A stretch of DNA of 56,703 nt from Acidimicrobiales bacterium (GCA_036380695.1 DASVEG010000023.1:1-56703); one strand, 5' to 3'. Shown: positions 9,501 to 18,328, numbered from the stretch's first letter. Translations and numbers: made by a program. Notes: generated from the letters alone by a model not told the origin.

Positions 9501-10040
9501 GACGAGCTCCGTGACGCGACGTGCGGACCGCGCACGGATCTCAGCGTGTCGGAGCTGCGGGGCGAACAAGCCGACGTCCAACGCCGCTCCGAACAGAACC
9601 AAGAGGTCGAAGGCGAACTGAAGGCGCTCCGCCTGCTGGAACTCGTGGGACACGGAGGCATTCAGGTCCAGAGCGCCGGCGATCGCGTGGACGAGATTCG
9701 CCATCACGGCCTCATCGATTAGACCTGGAGCGGTCTCGACCCAGACGTCCGCCAGATCCTCCACGGCTGTCTCGCTCTGCAGTACTTGCTCGAGCCTCTG
9801 ACGTTCCTCGGGCGCTAGCGAGGTTCGCGTTGTCCGGCCGATCGCTGGCCGCTCATCGCCGTTCGTTTGCAGCCAGTCGGCAGCTGTGTCGAGTGCGGCG
9901 CTGATCCTGTCAAGTCGGGTTGCCTCACGCCTCTTCTGCGAGAACCCGGCGCGCATTTGCTCAAGCGACAGCTCCAGTAGCGCTCCGCCTATCGCCCAAC
10001 CGAGTTCCGCCGACATCGCGAGCCAGGGTAGATGGCGCAC
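6504..10040 (-). CDS. NACHT/STAND P-loop NTPase with C-terminal HEAT/ARM-like helical repeats and an uncharacterised N-terminal ~250 aa
   Basis: 1178-aa ORF. Walker A is IEAAPGSGKS (about 9258-9290). Walker B is LTVVLDGWDEA. The C-terminal half has repeated helical units with recurring xLDP motifs. GTG start at 10040 (ATG alternative at 10016). Confidence 0.85.
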   Translation of the reverse strand: MRHLPWLAMSAELGWAIGGALLELSLEQMRAGFSQKRREATRLDRISAALDTAADWLQTNGDERPAIGRTTRTSLAPEERQRLEQVLQSETAVEDLADVWVETAPGLIDEAVMANLVHAIAGALDLNASVSHEFQQAERLQFAFDLLVLFGAALDVGLFAPQLRHAEIRARSARRVTELVARELEGLARTPASASEVRSYLIALVEWLLRALPDRQGFDATLDELHRPATLRVSDQTIEFDHAVRRHRRLMIEAAPGSGKSWLAHRHALETARRALADLQRGAPVEAVSIPLLARCAELEESANLWGALVSPSRSSWLDRDRAERLVARADQPLTVVLDGWDEAARTELLMEHLQLLLSSERVSLLLTCRTSHAERPRGVFAPHGQPRIGRSVGRLEHMSESHAANLVRRVSRALGVPHVARVVLAPDSPVRLAGDGLRVPLLAVLAVQACAYSLRRGASVPTTVPQLYDVAIEAMLFREATERASPRMSDLDASRRVPSWVRVLSDVAWSTLAPTEPTRRTTLQEAVSLLSPAITPLDALPQHERSIAMTLLDPLGDREVAFLHRTLQEHLAAKHLAAMPAADRAELARRHLFFWEPWAVLLPSAVAQSTDRDAFLKALIPGDADNRPLEVAGEVRQLLITTAAASHPEEWRQDSVALLRALMASATAAEAARTRQWSPHPAVPALRARLGDMLSSQPTASTSDITEVVAALAAIDQTLVREHSAELVGLLSKCERRYLTSLARVVADLGEDAREASVRAVLARLESRDLYSSTIDLAITAVELDPRRLPDVVDTLVRMLDAGTTWIVTTATALVSVVDPMPEHAVRALLSAMSRARPSDFAGMAALIDESLDEVFEPLVDLVISRLGTPDVVDVPSLLGCIARSSPRRLREAIDVVWQHMEARPLKQFSEISRAIRELDPSYNERLVQAVQGRSAAAVGGDLIRLLELEAELEARGTRDVATRLEQVAAAMPAEYAFRAGRAAARLDVASPAIARQLVDSLHAIDRRAIAGYAELAVRLDPTLHGEVVNELTAAIADSDSWSISEPARLVVTLAPALAKVVSRRLEDALRSATDAWAAADIARALAAIDPSRAHAASLELRRHMTSTDIPSAGDVMDAYIKTGLAHALIGLIGGSERWNARRLLADAGQTFPAAEWEQVVAWMIDPASPVSKQLLS

Positions 10041-10136
10041 TTGGCCGATTTGTTCGGCCGTTAGGCCCTCTGTCCTCGGCCTGTTGGTTATGCGTCCGCG
10101 CCCAGGCGACGGTCGCCGCGGGGAGGTCCAGACTTC

Positions 10137-10189
10137 GGGGCGACTCGCCGATTACCTACATGGACCTCAAGCTGCCCCTGGTCGAGTAG
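10137..10189 (+). repeat. recombinase-3'-end repeat, copy C (core plus right arm, 5 mismatches)
   Basis: ggggcgactcgccgattacctacatggacctcaagctgcccctggtcgagtag. The upstream flank is unrelated to copies A and B. Confidence 0.8.
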
Positions 10190-10203
10190 CTCCGACGATG
10201 CCG

Positions 10204-10647
10204 CTACACGAACTCGATGCTGGCCGCTTCGTACTTGGCCGGACCCGTCAGACCCGCCCTCTCGAACGACTGAAGCCGATAGTTCTCAGCCGCCGTCACG
10301 AGCGCGACCTCGTCGAGGCGCGGAAGCTCGGCCAGCCACGCCTCGGCCGTCTGGAGACGTAGCAAATCCTCGGCGGCTAACGACCAAACATGATCGCAGT
10401 GCGGAGCATCGGGCGAGTCGTTCCTTGGGACAGGCCGCTCTTCGGCAGCGCAACGGTCGTAGACCGCTTGCACAGCCTTCGAGCGGCGCTCGACACTGTC
10501 CCGCCTGTTCGTGTTCCGCTTGCGAAGTTGGTCCTTGACTACTCGGATCGCCACGAGCGCCTCGAGCTCTCCCGACGTCACGGCTCGGGCGAGAGCTGCG
10601 CCAAGTGCTGCGAATCGGGAGTCACGAAGCGGGGGCTCAGGTGTCAT
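10204..10647 (-). CDS. hypothetical 147-aa protein co-transcribed with the HNH protein (possible immunity or partner protein)
   Basis: ATG 10647 (or GTG 10662) lies 18 nt (or 3 nt) after the upstream stop at 10665. Contains PHCDHVWS...VALVTAAENYRL, faintly reminiscent of His-Me/DUF1524-type motifs. Confidence 0.6.
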   Translation of the reverse strand: MTPEPPLRDSRFAALGAALARAVTSGELEALVAIRVVKDQLRKRNTNRRDSVERRSKAVQAVYDRCAAEERPVPRNDSPDAPHCDHVWSLAAEDLLRLQTAEAWLAELPRLDEVALVTAAENYRLQSFERAGLTGPAKYEAASIEFV

Positions 10648-10664
10648 CTGCTCGTCACTCACGC

Positions 10665-11942
10665 TCAAGCCCCCACACCCCGCGTGTGCGCGACCGCCGG
10701 CCACACCCGCAGGACGTGAGCGGACGGACGGTCGGGATCGATGGCGTCGAGACGAGCCTCGTAGCTCTCGTAGTCGGGAATGAACCGCACCGACGCCCAT
10801 CGACGACGGTCGCTGCGAATCTTGCGGCGTTTGGGAGTCAGCTCATAGACGCCCCTGACGCCGCTGCGCCCGAGTTCGTACGCGGCGATCGCCGGGGATG
10901 CAGCACCCTTGCCGACCGCGGTGAGGTCGAAGCCATTGCCGTGTCCAGCACGCCATGACTGGCGGACGAGCTCTCCTACGGAGCCAGCGACCACGCCCCC
11001 GACGATCATGCCGCCGATCATCGGGATCGCGACCGGCGTGGCTCCAGCAGCGCCGAGGCCGACGAACGCGACAGGGGTGGCGGCGTTGGCGATAGCAAGG
11101 CCAGCCCCCCAGCCCGCCAGAGCGCCGACTCCTCCGATGCCGCCCGCGGCGGCAATGGGCACCGCGTCGAAGCCCTCGCGCCGACCCTCGTGGAGGTCCC
11201 ACGCCTGGATGCCCGTCTCCACAGCCGCCCCAACGACAATGCCGATGACGGTCGCGCCAACGGCGCCGCCGATGCTGAAGCGGCGGATGTTGTAGAACTC
11301 GCCATTGCGCTCGATCAGCCGCATGCCGTTGTCGGGAACGAGCCGACCGTCGGGCCCGATGCGGACACCTTCGTGCCGCTCGACGAAGACCTCGATGGCA
11401 TTGCGGCGCGCGATGTTCGCAGCCGGGTCGGCGGCCCGAAGGTTGGACAGGTCGATAGATGAGCCGCCGTGAGAGTGCGGAACTGCATGGTCGATGTGGA
11501 AGTTGTCGAACGCGATGGGCCTGCCGGTCAGCCAGCACTTGCCACCCGCCGCCTCGTAAACCGCGCGGCGGATCGCCTCGTTCCAGCCACCGCGAATCGG
11601 GTCGACGCCGACGCCTTGAAGGACTTCGACGACCAGCCCGTCGACGGGGATGCCCCATCTGCCGAACTCAGCTGCGTAAATCACATTGGCCTCGGCAAGC
11701 AGGGCGCCGTAGCCCCCGCCTCCCGCTGCAGCTGCGCTCGGGACAAGCGCGGGATCGATGCCCAACCGAGTTGCAGAGCGCCTCGCTTCGATCTCAGCCG
11801 GGTCGGGCGGTGAGATGCGGATGAAGAGATCCGCGGCGACGGATCCTACGGTCGTGGTTGATGGTTGGACGTCGATCATGGGAGGCGAGCTCTTCGAGCT
11901 TGATCGGTAGGCCTCCCGCGTACCGTGAGGCCTAACCAGCAT
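10665..11942 (-). CDS. HNH endonuclease fused to a glycine-zipper-rich membrane region
   Basis: ATG 11942 is preceded by CGGAGGATTA. HNH core is CWLTGRPIAFDNFHIDHAVPHSHGGSSIDLSNLRAADPAANIARRN (about 11400-11510), followed by about 110 aa of GxxxG/A hydrophobic repeats. The track ORF start at 12242 runs through repeat D and is rejected. Confidence 0.75.
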   Translation of the reverse strand: MLVRPHGTREAYRSSSKSSPPMIDVQPSTTTVGSVAADLFIRISPPDPAEIEARRSATRLGIDPALVPSAAAAGGGGYGALLAEANVIYAAEFGRWGIPVDGLVVEVLQGVGVDPIRGGWNEAIRRAVYEAAGGKCWLTGRPIAFDNFHIDHAVPHSHGGSSIDLSNLRAADPAANIARRNAIEVFVERHEGVRIGPDGRLVPDNGMRLIERNGEFYNIRRFSIGGAVGATVIGIVVGAAVETGIQAWDLHEGRREGFDAVPIAAAGGIGGVGALAGWGAGLAIANAATPVAFVGLGAAGATPVAIPMIGGMIVGGVVAGSVGELVRQSWRAGHGNGFDLTAVGKGAASPAIAAYELGRSGVRGVYELTPKRRKIRSDRRRWASVRFIPDYESYEARLDAIDPDRPSAHVLRVWPAVAHTRGVGA

Positions 11943-12003
11943 TAATCCTCCGTACCGTGGGCCGCGGCGGGTGGGGTCGAGCCCCACGGGAGACCGAGAC
12001 CTC

Positions 12004-12050
12004 GGGGGGACTCGCCGCTTACCTACATGGACGTCACGCTGCCGTTGATC
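12004..12050 (+). repeat. recombinase-3'-end repeat, copy D (core plus right arm)
   Basis: ggggggactcgccgcttacctacatggacgtcacgctgccgttgatc. 38 consecutive nt are identical to copy A. The terminal stop codon is lost. Confidence 0.85.
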
Positions 12051-12157
12051 GTCCGTCGAGCACATGGGGGCGCCGCGGGCTCGGCGCCAAGGGCGACGGC
12101 GTGTCGGTACCGAGGTCGAGCGCACACACCGTGCCGGACAGGTGGTCGTCACGACTA

Positions 12158-12171
12158 GGGACCTTTGGCCC
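12158..12171 (+). promoter_or_regulatory. DosR-box-like motif
   Basis: GGGACCTTTGGCCC, 61 nt before ATG 12233. Confidence 0.6.
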
Positions 12172-12232
12172 TCGTTGACGGTCCTCGCCGTCCGTACCGT
12201 CGGACGAAACGACGATCGACGGAGGCACAGCC

Positions 12233-13279
12233 ATGAAGGCACTCGTGTACAAGGGCCCCGGCCGCAAGGCGTGGGAGGACGTACCGGATCCCGTGATCGA
12301 GGCCGACACGGATGCCATCGTCCGCGTCGACGCCGTCACGATCTGCGGCACCGACCTGCACATCCTCAAGGGCGACGTACCCACGGTGACCGAGGGGCGG
12401 GTCCTCGGCCACGAGGCCGTTGGCACGGTCGAGCAGGTCGGCTCGAGTGTGAAGAACGTGCGGGTCGGCGACCGCGTGCTGGTGTCGTGCATCACCGCCT
12501 GCGGGTCGTGTCGCTTCTGCCGTGAGGGTCGCTACGGCCAGTGCCTCGGTGGCGGTGGCTGGATCCTCGGCCATCTGGTCGACGGCACGCAGGCCGAGCG
12601 GGTCCGCGTGCCATTCGTCGACACGTCGACGCATCCGGCGCCGGACGGTGTGTCCGACGAGGAGCTCCTGATGCTCGCGGACATCCTCCCGACCGGCTAC
12701 GAGGTCGGCGTGCTCAACGGCGGCATCAAGCCTGGTGACGTCGTCGCCGTCGTTGGCGCGGGCCCGATCGGCCTGTCGGCCATCGCGGCGTCGAGGCTGT
12801 ACAGCCCGAGCCATGTCGTCGCGATCGACAAGGCCGACAGCAGGCTCGAAGCGGCGAAACAGTTCGGCGCGGACGTCGTCGTGAACAACGACCGCGAGGA
12901 CCCCCTCGCCATCGTGCGCGACCTCACCGACGGTCTGGGTGCGGACGTCGCCATCGAAGCCGTCGGCGTGCCTGCGACCTTCGAGTTGTGCGCCGCGCTC
13001 ATCCGGCCCGGGGGCAGGGTTGCGAACATCGGCGTGCACGGCGAGCCGGCGACGCTCCACCTCGAGGAGCTCTGGATCCGCGACGTCACCATCACCACCG
13101 GTCTCGTCGACACGTACTCGACGCCGACGCTGCTCAAGCTGCTCGTCAGCCACCAGGTGGAGGCGAAGCGGTTCGTGACCCACCACTTCGACCTCGACGA
13201 CTTCGAGGAGGCCTACGACACCTTCGCCCGGGCGGGAGACACGGGCGCGTTGAAGGTCGTCCTGACCAGAAGCGCCTGA
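12233..13279 (+). CDS. zinc-dependent alcohol dehydrogenase (MDR family)
   Basis: MKALVYKGPG...CGTDLHILKGD...GHEAVGTV...GAGPIGL Rossmann motif. 348 aa. Confidence 0.9.
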   Translation: MKALVYKGPGRKAWEDVPDPVIEADTDAIVRVDAVTICGTDLHILKGDVPTVTEGRVLGHEAVGTVEQVGSSVKNVRVGDRVLVSCITACGSCRFCREGRYGQCLGGGGWILGHLVDGTQAERVRVPFVDTSTHPAPDGVSDEELLMLADILPTGYEVGVLNGGIKPGDVVAVVGAGPIGLSAIAASRLYSPSHVVAIDKADSRLEAAKQFGADVVVNNDREDPLAIVRDLTDGLGADVAIEAVGVPATFELCAALIRPGGRVANIGVHGEPATLHLEELWIRDVTITTGLVDTYSTPTLLKLLVSHQVEAKRFVTHHFDLDDFEEAYDTFARAGDTGALKVVLTRSA

Positions 13280-13304
13280 GCGGACTGTCGCCGGAGGCGG
13301 AGCC

Positions 13305-15776
13305 ATGGCCCACGTCGTCGATGTGGCGGACGCGACCGACTCCGGCGGCAGCGACGGGCTCTCCGGTGCCGAGGCGCAGCGACGCCTCGCCGCCGATGGT
13401 CGGAACGAGCTGCCGGAGGCGCGACGGCCGGGCTGGCTGTCGCGCCTCGCGGCGCAACTCCGAGAGCCGCTTTCGCTGCTGCTCGTCGCGGCCGCGGCCC
13501 TGAGCCTTCTCGTCCTCCGGGAGATGACGGAGGGGCTCGCGATCCTCGTCATCGTCGTCCTCGACGCGGTCGTTGGTGCGGTGCAGGCGCACCGCGCGGA
13601 CGACGCGATGGCCGCGCTCCGGGAGCTGACCGCGCCGCTCGCGTCGGTGGTGCGCGATGGCCGCCCGCAGACGATCGCCGCCGCGGACGTCGTCGTGGGG
13701 GATCACGCGCTCGTGGCCGCGGGCGACCGCGTCCCTGCGGACGTTCGCGTCACCGATGCCGCCTCACTGGCATCGGACGAGGCGATCCTGACGGGCGAGT
13801 CGATCCCCGTCGACAAGTCAGTGGGCGACGTGCTGCTCGCGGGCACCCTCGTCGTCCGAGGTCACGGCGGCGGCCACGTCGTCGCGACGGGTGCGCGCAC
13901 GCAACTCGGTGCGATCGCGACGTTCCTGACGGAGGCACCGGAGCCCCCGTTGGCACGGGAGTTGCGCCGCATCGGTTCCTGGATGGCGACCGGCGCGGTC
14001 GCGCTCGGCGTCGTGGTCGTCGCGGTTGCGGTGGTGCGTGGCGACGGGGGCCGCGACTCCCTCCTCGACGGCCTGCTCGGTGGCGTGGCGCTCGCCGTCG
14101 CCGCGATACCGGAAGGCTTGCCCGCCGCGATGACGGCCTCGCTCGCGCTCGGCGCGCAACGCATGGCGCGGCACGGGGCCATCGTGCGAACGCTGACCGC
14201 CATCGAAGCGCTCGGCTCGACCACGGTCCTCTGCGTCGACAAGACCGGCACGCTGACCACCGGGCAACTCGAGGTCGACGACGCGATCCCGGCAGAGCGA
14301 ACGAGTGCCGCCGAAGCAGAGCTCTGGCTCGCGATCCTGCGGTGCAACGACGCGACCGACGGTGGTGTCGACCCCATCGACGTGGCCCTGTTGCGCGCCG
14401 CTGAGGCGCGCGGTCACACACCGATGCTCGGGCGGAGAGTCAGCGAGGAGCCCTTCGAAGCGACGACCCGCCTGATGGCGACGGTGCACGAGTTCGCGGA
14501 CGCGAGGGTGCTGTCGGTGAAGGGCGCACCGGAGGCCGTGTGGGCCAGGTGCGCGGACGGCCCGCAGCTCCGTCGCCTCGACGGGCTCGCCCGTGGCCTC
14601 GCGCAGGCGGGGCGCCGGGTGCTCGCCGTTGCATCCGCAGCGACGGACGACCTGTCGGCACGCGAACTGCAACCGTTGGGGCTCGTCGCGTTCCTCGATC
14701 CGTTGCGGCCGTCCGCGCGCGCGGCGGTGGACGCGTGCAGGCGTGCGGGTATCCGCATTGTCGTCGCGACCGGCGATCACCCCGAGACAGCGGCCGCCAT
14801 CGCGCGTGACGCCGGCCTCGATCCCGACCCCACCGTCATCGGCTCGGAGTTGCGTGATCTCGACCCAGACGAACGCCAGGCGCTTCTCGCTGAGGCCGCA
14901 GTGATCGCCAGGGTCGAGCCGGCCGACAAGGTCGCGCTCGTCGTGGCGCATCGCGCCGCCGGCCATGTCGTCGCGATGACTGGCGATGGCGTGAACGACG
15001 CGCCCGCGCTCCGCCACGCGGACGTCGGCATCGCCGTCGCCGGGGCGGCCGGGACGGACGTCGCCAGGGAGGCCGCCGACATCGTCGTCACGACCGGCGA
15101 CCTCGGCGTGCTCGTCGAGGCCGTGCGCGAGGGCAGGCGGATCTACCGCAACGTGGTCAGCCTCGTGTCGTACCTCCTTGCGGGGAACCTCAGCGAGATC
15201 ATGGTCGTGCTCGGTGGGGTGCTCTTGCTGCAAGACCTGCCCGTGCCGCTCCGGCCGGTGCATCTCCTGTGGATCAACCTGATCACCGACGGGCTGCCCG
15301 CCCTTGCGCTCGGGGTCGACTGGTCGCGCCGAGACGGCCTCGAGTTGCCGCGCCGGGAGCCCGGCACCCACCTGCTCGACCTGGCCCGCCTCCGCCTCCT
15401 CGCCGGCCGCGCGCTCGCCGTCGCTGCCGCAGCGTTGGGTGCGGGCGCATTGGCCGCGCAGATGGGGTGGTCGCCGGGCCGAGTCCAGTCGCAGCTCGTC
15501 GTGACGCTCGTACTCACCCACCTCGTGCTCGCGTACGTGTCTCGCTCGGAGCGGTTCGCGTTCGAGCGCGACTGGTGGAGGAACCGCGCGCTCGCGGCCT
15601 CGGTGTTCGGGTCGGCCGCGATGCAGGTCGTGGTGATGACGGTGCCCGCGCTCGGCGGTTGGCTCGACCTTGCCGCGTTGCCTGTCGCCGGGTGGGCGAT
15701 GGCGGTCGGAGCGTCTGTGCTCGTCGTCTGCGTGATCGATGCCGTCAGGGCGGTTCGGCGGCGCAGGGTGCGCTGA
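13305..15776 (+). CDS. cation-transporting P-type ATPase (HAD-IC, type II-like)
   Basis: CVDKTGTLT phosphorylation motif, [12 protein letters not shown] hinge motif, and multiple TM helices. 823 aa. Confidence 0.9.
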   Translation: MAHVVDVADATDSGGSDGLSGAEAQRRLAADGRNELPEARRPGWLSRLAAQLREPLSLLLVAAAALSLLVLREMTEGLAILVIVVLDAVVGAVQAHRADDAMAALRELTAPLASVVRDGRPQTIAAADVVVGDHALVAAGDRVPADVRVTDAASLASDEAILTGESIPVDKSVGDVLLAGTLVVRGHGGGHVVATGARTQLGAIATFLTEAPEPPLARELRRIGSWMATGAVALGVVVVAVAVVRGDGGRDSLLDGLLGGVALAVAAIPEGLPAAMTASLALGAQRMARHGAIVRTLTAIEALGSTTVLCVDKTGTLTTGQLEVDDAIPAERTSAAEAELWLAILRCNDATDGGVDPIDVALLRAAEARGHTPMLGRRVSEEPFEATTRLMATVHEFADARVLSVKGAPEAVWARCADGPQLRRLDGLARGLAQAGRRVLAVASAATDDLSARELQPLGLVAFLDPLRPSARAAVDACRRAGIRIVVATGDHPETAAAIARDAGLDPDPTVIGSELRDLDPDERQALLAEAAVIARVEPADKVALVVAHRAAGHVVAMTGDGVNDAPALRHADVGIAVAGAAGTDVAREAADIVVTTGDLGVLVEAVREGRRIYRNVVSLVSYLLAGNLSEIMVVLGGVLLLQDLPVPLRPVHLLWINLITDGLPALALGVDWSRRDGLELPRREPGTHLLDLARLRLLAGRALAVAAAALGAGALAAQMGWSPGRVQSQLVVTLVLTHLVLAYVSRSERFAFERDWWRNRALAASVFGSAAMQVVVMTVPALGGWLDLAALPVAGWAMAVGASVLVVCVIDAVRAVRRRRVR

Positions 15777-15834
15777 TCGACATTGTGTGCGAACGACGCA
15801 GGACGGGTCTCGCCGTAGATGCGCACCGGTAAAG

Positions 15835-15843
15835 TGATACAAT
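15835..15843 (+). promoter_or_regulatory. extended -10 promoter element (TGaTACAAT), predicting a leaderless transcript
   Basis: TACAAT at 15838-15843 ends 6 nt before GTG 15850, in a locally AT-rich stretch. Confidence 0.5.
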
Positions 15844-15849
15844 CTCAAC

Positions 15850-16578
15850 GTGCCTCAGCGTGTGAGCGACAGGGAGAAATCGCAGAGCCTCCTGCTCGCG
15901 TCTGCGTTTGGGGCGGGAGTCTCACGCGACGCACGGCGCCTGACGCCGGACGATCTGGACGCCGCTACAGCGAGCGCCATCGCCGCTGTACTAAAGCTGG
16001 GCAGGGTGCAACGGGCTTTCGTCGAGCTCGCCGAGAGCGCGACTCGCTCGGCCCGCGACAAGACGTACGTGATCGTTCTCCTCGAGGAGATGGCGAGACA
16101 CGCCCGGACCCGCACCGTCGCGAGCGTGATGCCCGACGAAGAACGTGCGATGTGGGAGCGGGCCGGCGCCGACTTCAGCAACGGTGAGCAGGCGCTCGCC
16201 CGCAGTGCGGCGGCGACCGCCTCGGCGTTCGCAGACCTCCTGGAGCGCAGTGTTGCCGGTGATGAGGCAGCCGCGAAGCTGCTCGACGTCGATCGCAGCC
16301 GCATCTCGCAACGACTCGCCGAACGCAGCCTCTACGCCGTGAACTACGGCGACGAGCGCTACTTCCCCCGGTGGCAGTTCGCCCGTGACAAGGTTCTCCG
16401 GGGACTCAAGACGGTCCTCACGGCCCTCGATCCGAAGCTCCACCCACTCACCGTCGACCACTTCTTCACCACCCCGAGTCTCGAGCTCCTCGGATCGGAC
16501 GAGCCGCTGAGCCCAGCGGCGTGGCTCGCGACCGGAGGCGACATCGGAGCAGTCGCGGAACTCGCCGCGGACCTGTGA
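15850..16578 (+). CDS. Xre/MbcA/ParS-type antitoxin (HTH plus DUF2384-like toxin-binding domain)
   Basis: LLDVDRSRISQRLAERSLY HTH-like segment. The C-terminal region sits upstream of, and overlaps (GTGA), a RES-domain gene. Confidence 0.75.
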   Translation: MPQRVSDREKSQSLLLASAFGAGVSRDARRLTPDDLDAATASAIAAVLKLGRVQRAFVELAESATRSARDKTYVIVLLEEMARHARTRTVASVMPDEERAMWERAGADFSNGEQALARSAAATASAFADLLERSVAGDEAAAKLLDVDRSRISQRLAERSLYAVNYGDERYFPRWQFARDKVLRGLKTVLTALDPKLHPLTVDHFFTTPSLELLGSDEPLSPAAWLATGGDIGAVAELAADL

Positions 16579-17231
16579 CGGAGCGGCTTCCGCAGCCGGT
16601 AGCCGCCAACGTCAAGGGCACCGCTCTCGAAGACGACGACATCCTCGAGCTGCCGGCAGGCACCGAGCTCACTCGCATCCACCCTCTCGGCGGTGACCAT
16701 CCCGTGGTGTGGAATGCGTTCCGAGGCTGGGGGCCCACACAAAGCCGGTTCGACCACCAGCCGCCGCCGCGGGGTGTCCACAAGACCCGCCGGATCGCCT
16801 ACGCGACCTTCGGGCCGACAGCGTTCCCGGCCGCCCTCGCCGAGTATTTTCAAGACGATGGTGGCGGCGTGCGCCCCATTGACACGACGCGAGATCGACC
16901 CGCGGTCACACGCCTCGAGATCGTGCGGCCCCTCGTCCTCCTGAATCTCGACCGTGGGTGGGTGACCCGGGCAAAGGGGAACCAGGCCATTCGGACTGGG
17001 CACCGATCGATGAGCCGCGAGTGGGCCCGAGCGATCTACCGCCATCACCCCACCCTCGACGGCCTCGCCTACAGCTCATCCGTCTGGGGTCCCGGCACGT
17101 GCGTCGCCCTCTGGGAACGAGCCGAGGACGCCTTCCCCGCGACGCCCGCAGCGCACCGAACCCTCGACGATCCCGTGCTCGCTGTACCGATCGCCAACGC
17201 TGCCCGCAGCCTCCGGACGATCATCGTCTGA
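16575..17231 (+). CDS. RES-domain toxin (NAD+ phosphorylase family)
   Basis: GTG 16575 overlaps the antitoxin stop. R...E...S pattern: WGPTQSRFDH, AALAEYF, LDGLAYSSSV. Confidence 0.8.
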   Translation: MTERLPQPVAANVKGTALEDDDILELPAGTELTRIHPLGGDHPVVWNAFRGWGPTQSRFDHQPPPRGVHKTRRIAYATFGPTAFPAALAEYFQDDGGGVRPIDTTRDRPAVTRLEIVRPLVLLNLDRGWVTRAKGNQAIRTGHRSMSREWARAIYRHHPTLDGLAYSSSVWGPGTCVALWERAEDAFPATPAAHRTLDDPVLAVPIANAARSLRTIIV

Positions 17232-17407
17232 GCGATGATCAGGTGGCTTGGCGGGCGGCACGCGGATCTCGCCGGCCAGGAGAGGAAGCCCGGCGTTCGG
17301 GGTGAAGCGCATCGGAACGTTTCGCGCTGAGCACGGCCCGGTTGCCATCGGCTCGGAACACGATGTGACTTGTACGCCACGACTTCACTACGTGCGCCTC
17401 TGTGCAT

Positions 17408-18328
17408 CTAGTGGCGTCGCTGCTGCCGGCTGACGTCGGGAGGTGTCGTCTCGAGCTCAAGCGCGATGTTGCTCGTCGCGTTGCCGTCGTCGTCGGTCTG
17501 TACGACAAGGTGCGTCTTGCGGCCGTTCATCTGGAACGAGCCGTACGCGAACATGACATCGCTGAAGCGAGCGACGTCGAGTTTCACCGGCGTCTGGCTC
17601 CAATCGAGCGGGCCCAGCACGACCAGCTCCTCGATCGCGTGTAGTTCGCCCGTTGGCTCGTCGCGTAGGTAAAGGGGTTGCCCGCTCCCCAGACCGAACC
17701 CTGCCTCGAAGCCCCTCAGCCCCTGGCGGTCGTCGCGGTTGTGTGCCTCGGTCAGGATTTGGCGGCCGAACGCTTCGTTCTCGAGGAACTTCACGGCCAC
17801 GTCGAGAAGCGTGCCGACCTCGTCGCCCTCTGCGTTGTACACCGCATTGTCCGGGAACAGGCGGTGTCTTGGTGTTGTCCCGTCCGGGAGTCGCATGGTT
17901 GCCTTCACCATCTGGACGGTCATCGACACCCGGTCGGCGTAGAGCGCGAGGGTGCGTGGGTCGCCCTTCGTCCTGGTCACAGGCTCCATCAACGTGACGC
18001 TGGCGTGCGACGCAGCCTTTGTGCGTGCGGCACCGGTGAACCCGCTCCACGACACCAGCACCAGTCGATTGGTCTCGAGGTGTTCGTGCTTCGTGATCAT
18101 CTGTTCGACCCACGGCAGTTCCGCCTTCCGCACGCGGTCGATGACCTCGAACGACACGACGATGTCGATCTCGTTCAGGCGTGATCGCGCGACGACATCG
18201 ACCTCTCGCAGGACGTTGACGACAGGGTCGTGAAGTTCTTCACTTTCCGTGACGACCCACCCCTCTGGCGCGAGCGCAGTGCGGAGGAGGTACAGCGCCT
18301 TCTGTCGGTCCGTTGTCCGTCGCGGCAC
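17408..18328 (-). CDS. Mrr-like restriction-endonuclease-fold N-terminal domain fused to an unknown ~180-aa C-terminal domain
   Basis: EVDVVARS...IDIVVSFEVIDRVRK...NRLVLVSWSGFTGAARTKA resembles a PD-(D/E)xK / Mrr_cat layout. The C-terminal half has no motif I recognise. Confidence 0.6.
   Translation of the reverse strand: MPRRTTDRQKALYLLRTALAPEGWVVTESEELHDPVVNVLREVDVVARSRLNEIDIVVSFEVIDRVRKAELPWVEQMITKHEHLETNRLVLVSWSGFTGAARTKAASHASVTLMEPVTRTKGDPRTLALYADRVSMTVQMVKATMRLPDGTTPRHRLFPDNAVYNAEGDEVGTLLDVAVKFLENEAFGRQILTEAHNRDDRQGLRGFEAGFGLGSGQPLYLRDEPTGELHAIEELVVLGPLDWSQTPVKLDVARFSDVMFAYGSFQMNGRKTHLVVQTDDDGNATSNIALELETTPPDVSRQQRRH

Noticed and set aside
10665-12242. 525-aa version of the HNH ORF
   Set aside because: The first 100 codons run through repeat copy D and its flank and are Arg-rich. 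An internal ATG at 11942 has a strong GGAGGA ribosome-binding site.
12155-13552. 465-aa minus-strand ORF
   Set aside because: It is antisense to the alcohol dehydrogenase gene and to the start of the ATPase gene. It is a shadow ORF.
13818-15848. 676-aa minus-strand ORF
   Set aside because: It is antisense to the P-type ATPase gene, which has unmistakable motifs. The translation is Arg/Gly/Pro-rich and low in complexity, typical of shadow ORFs in high-GC DNA.
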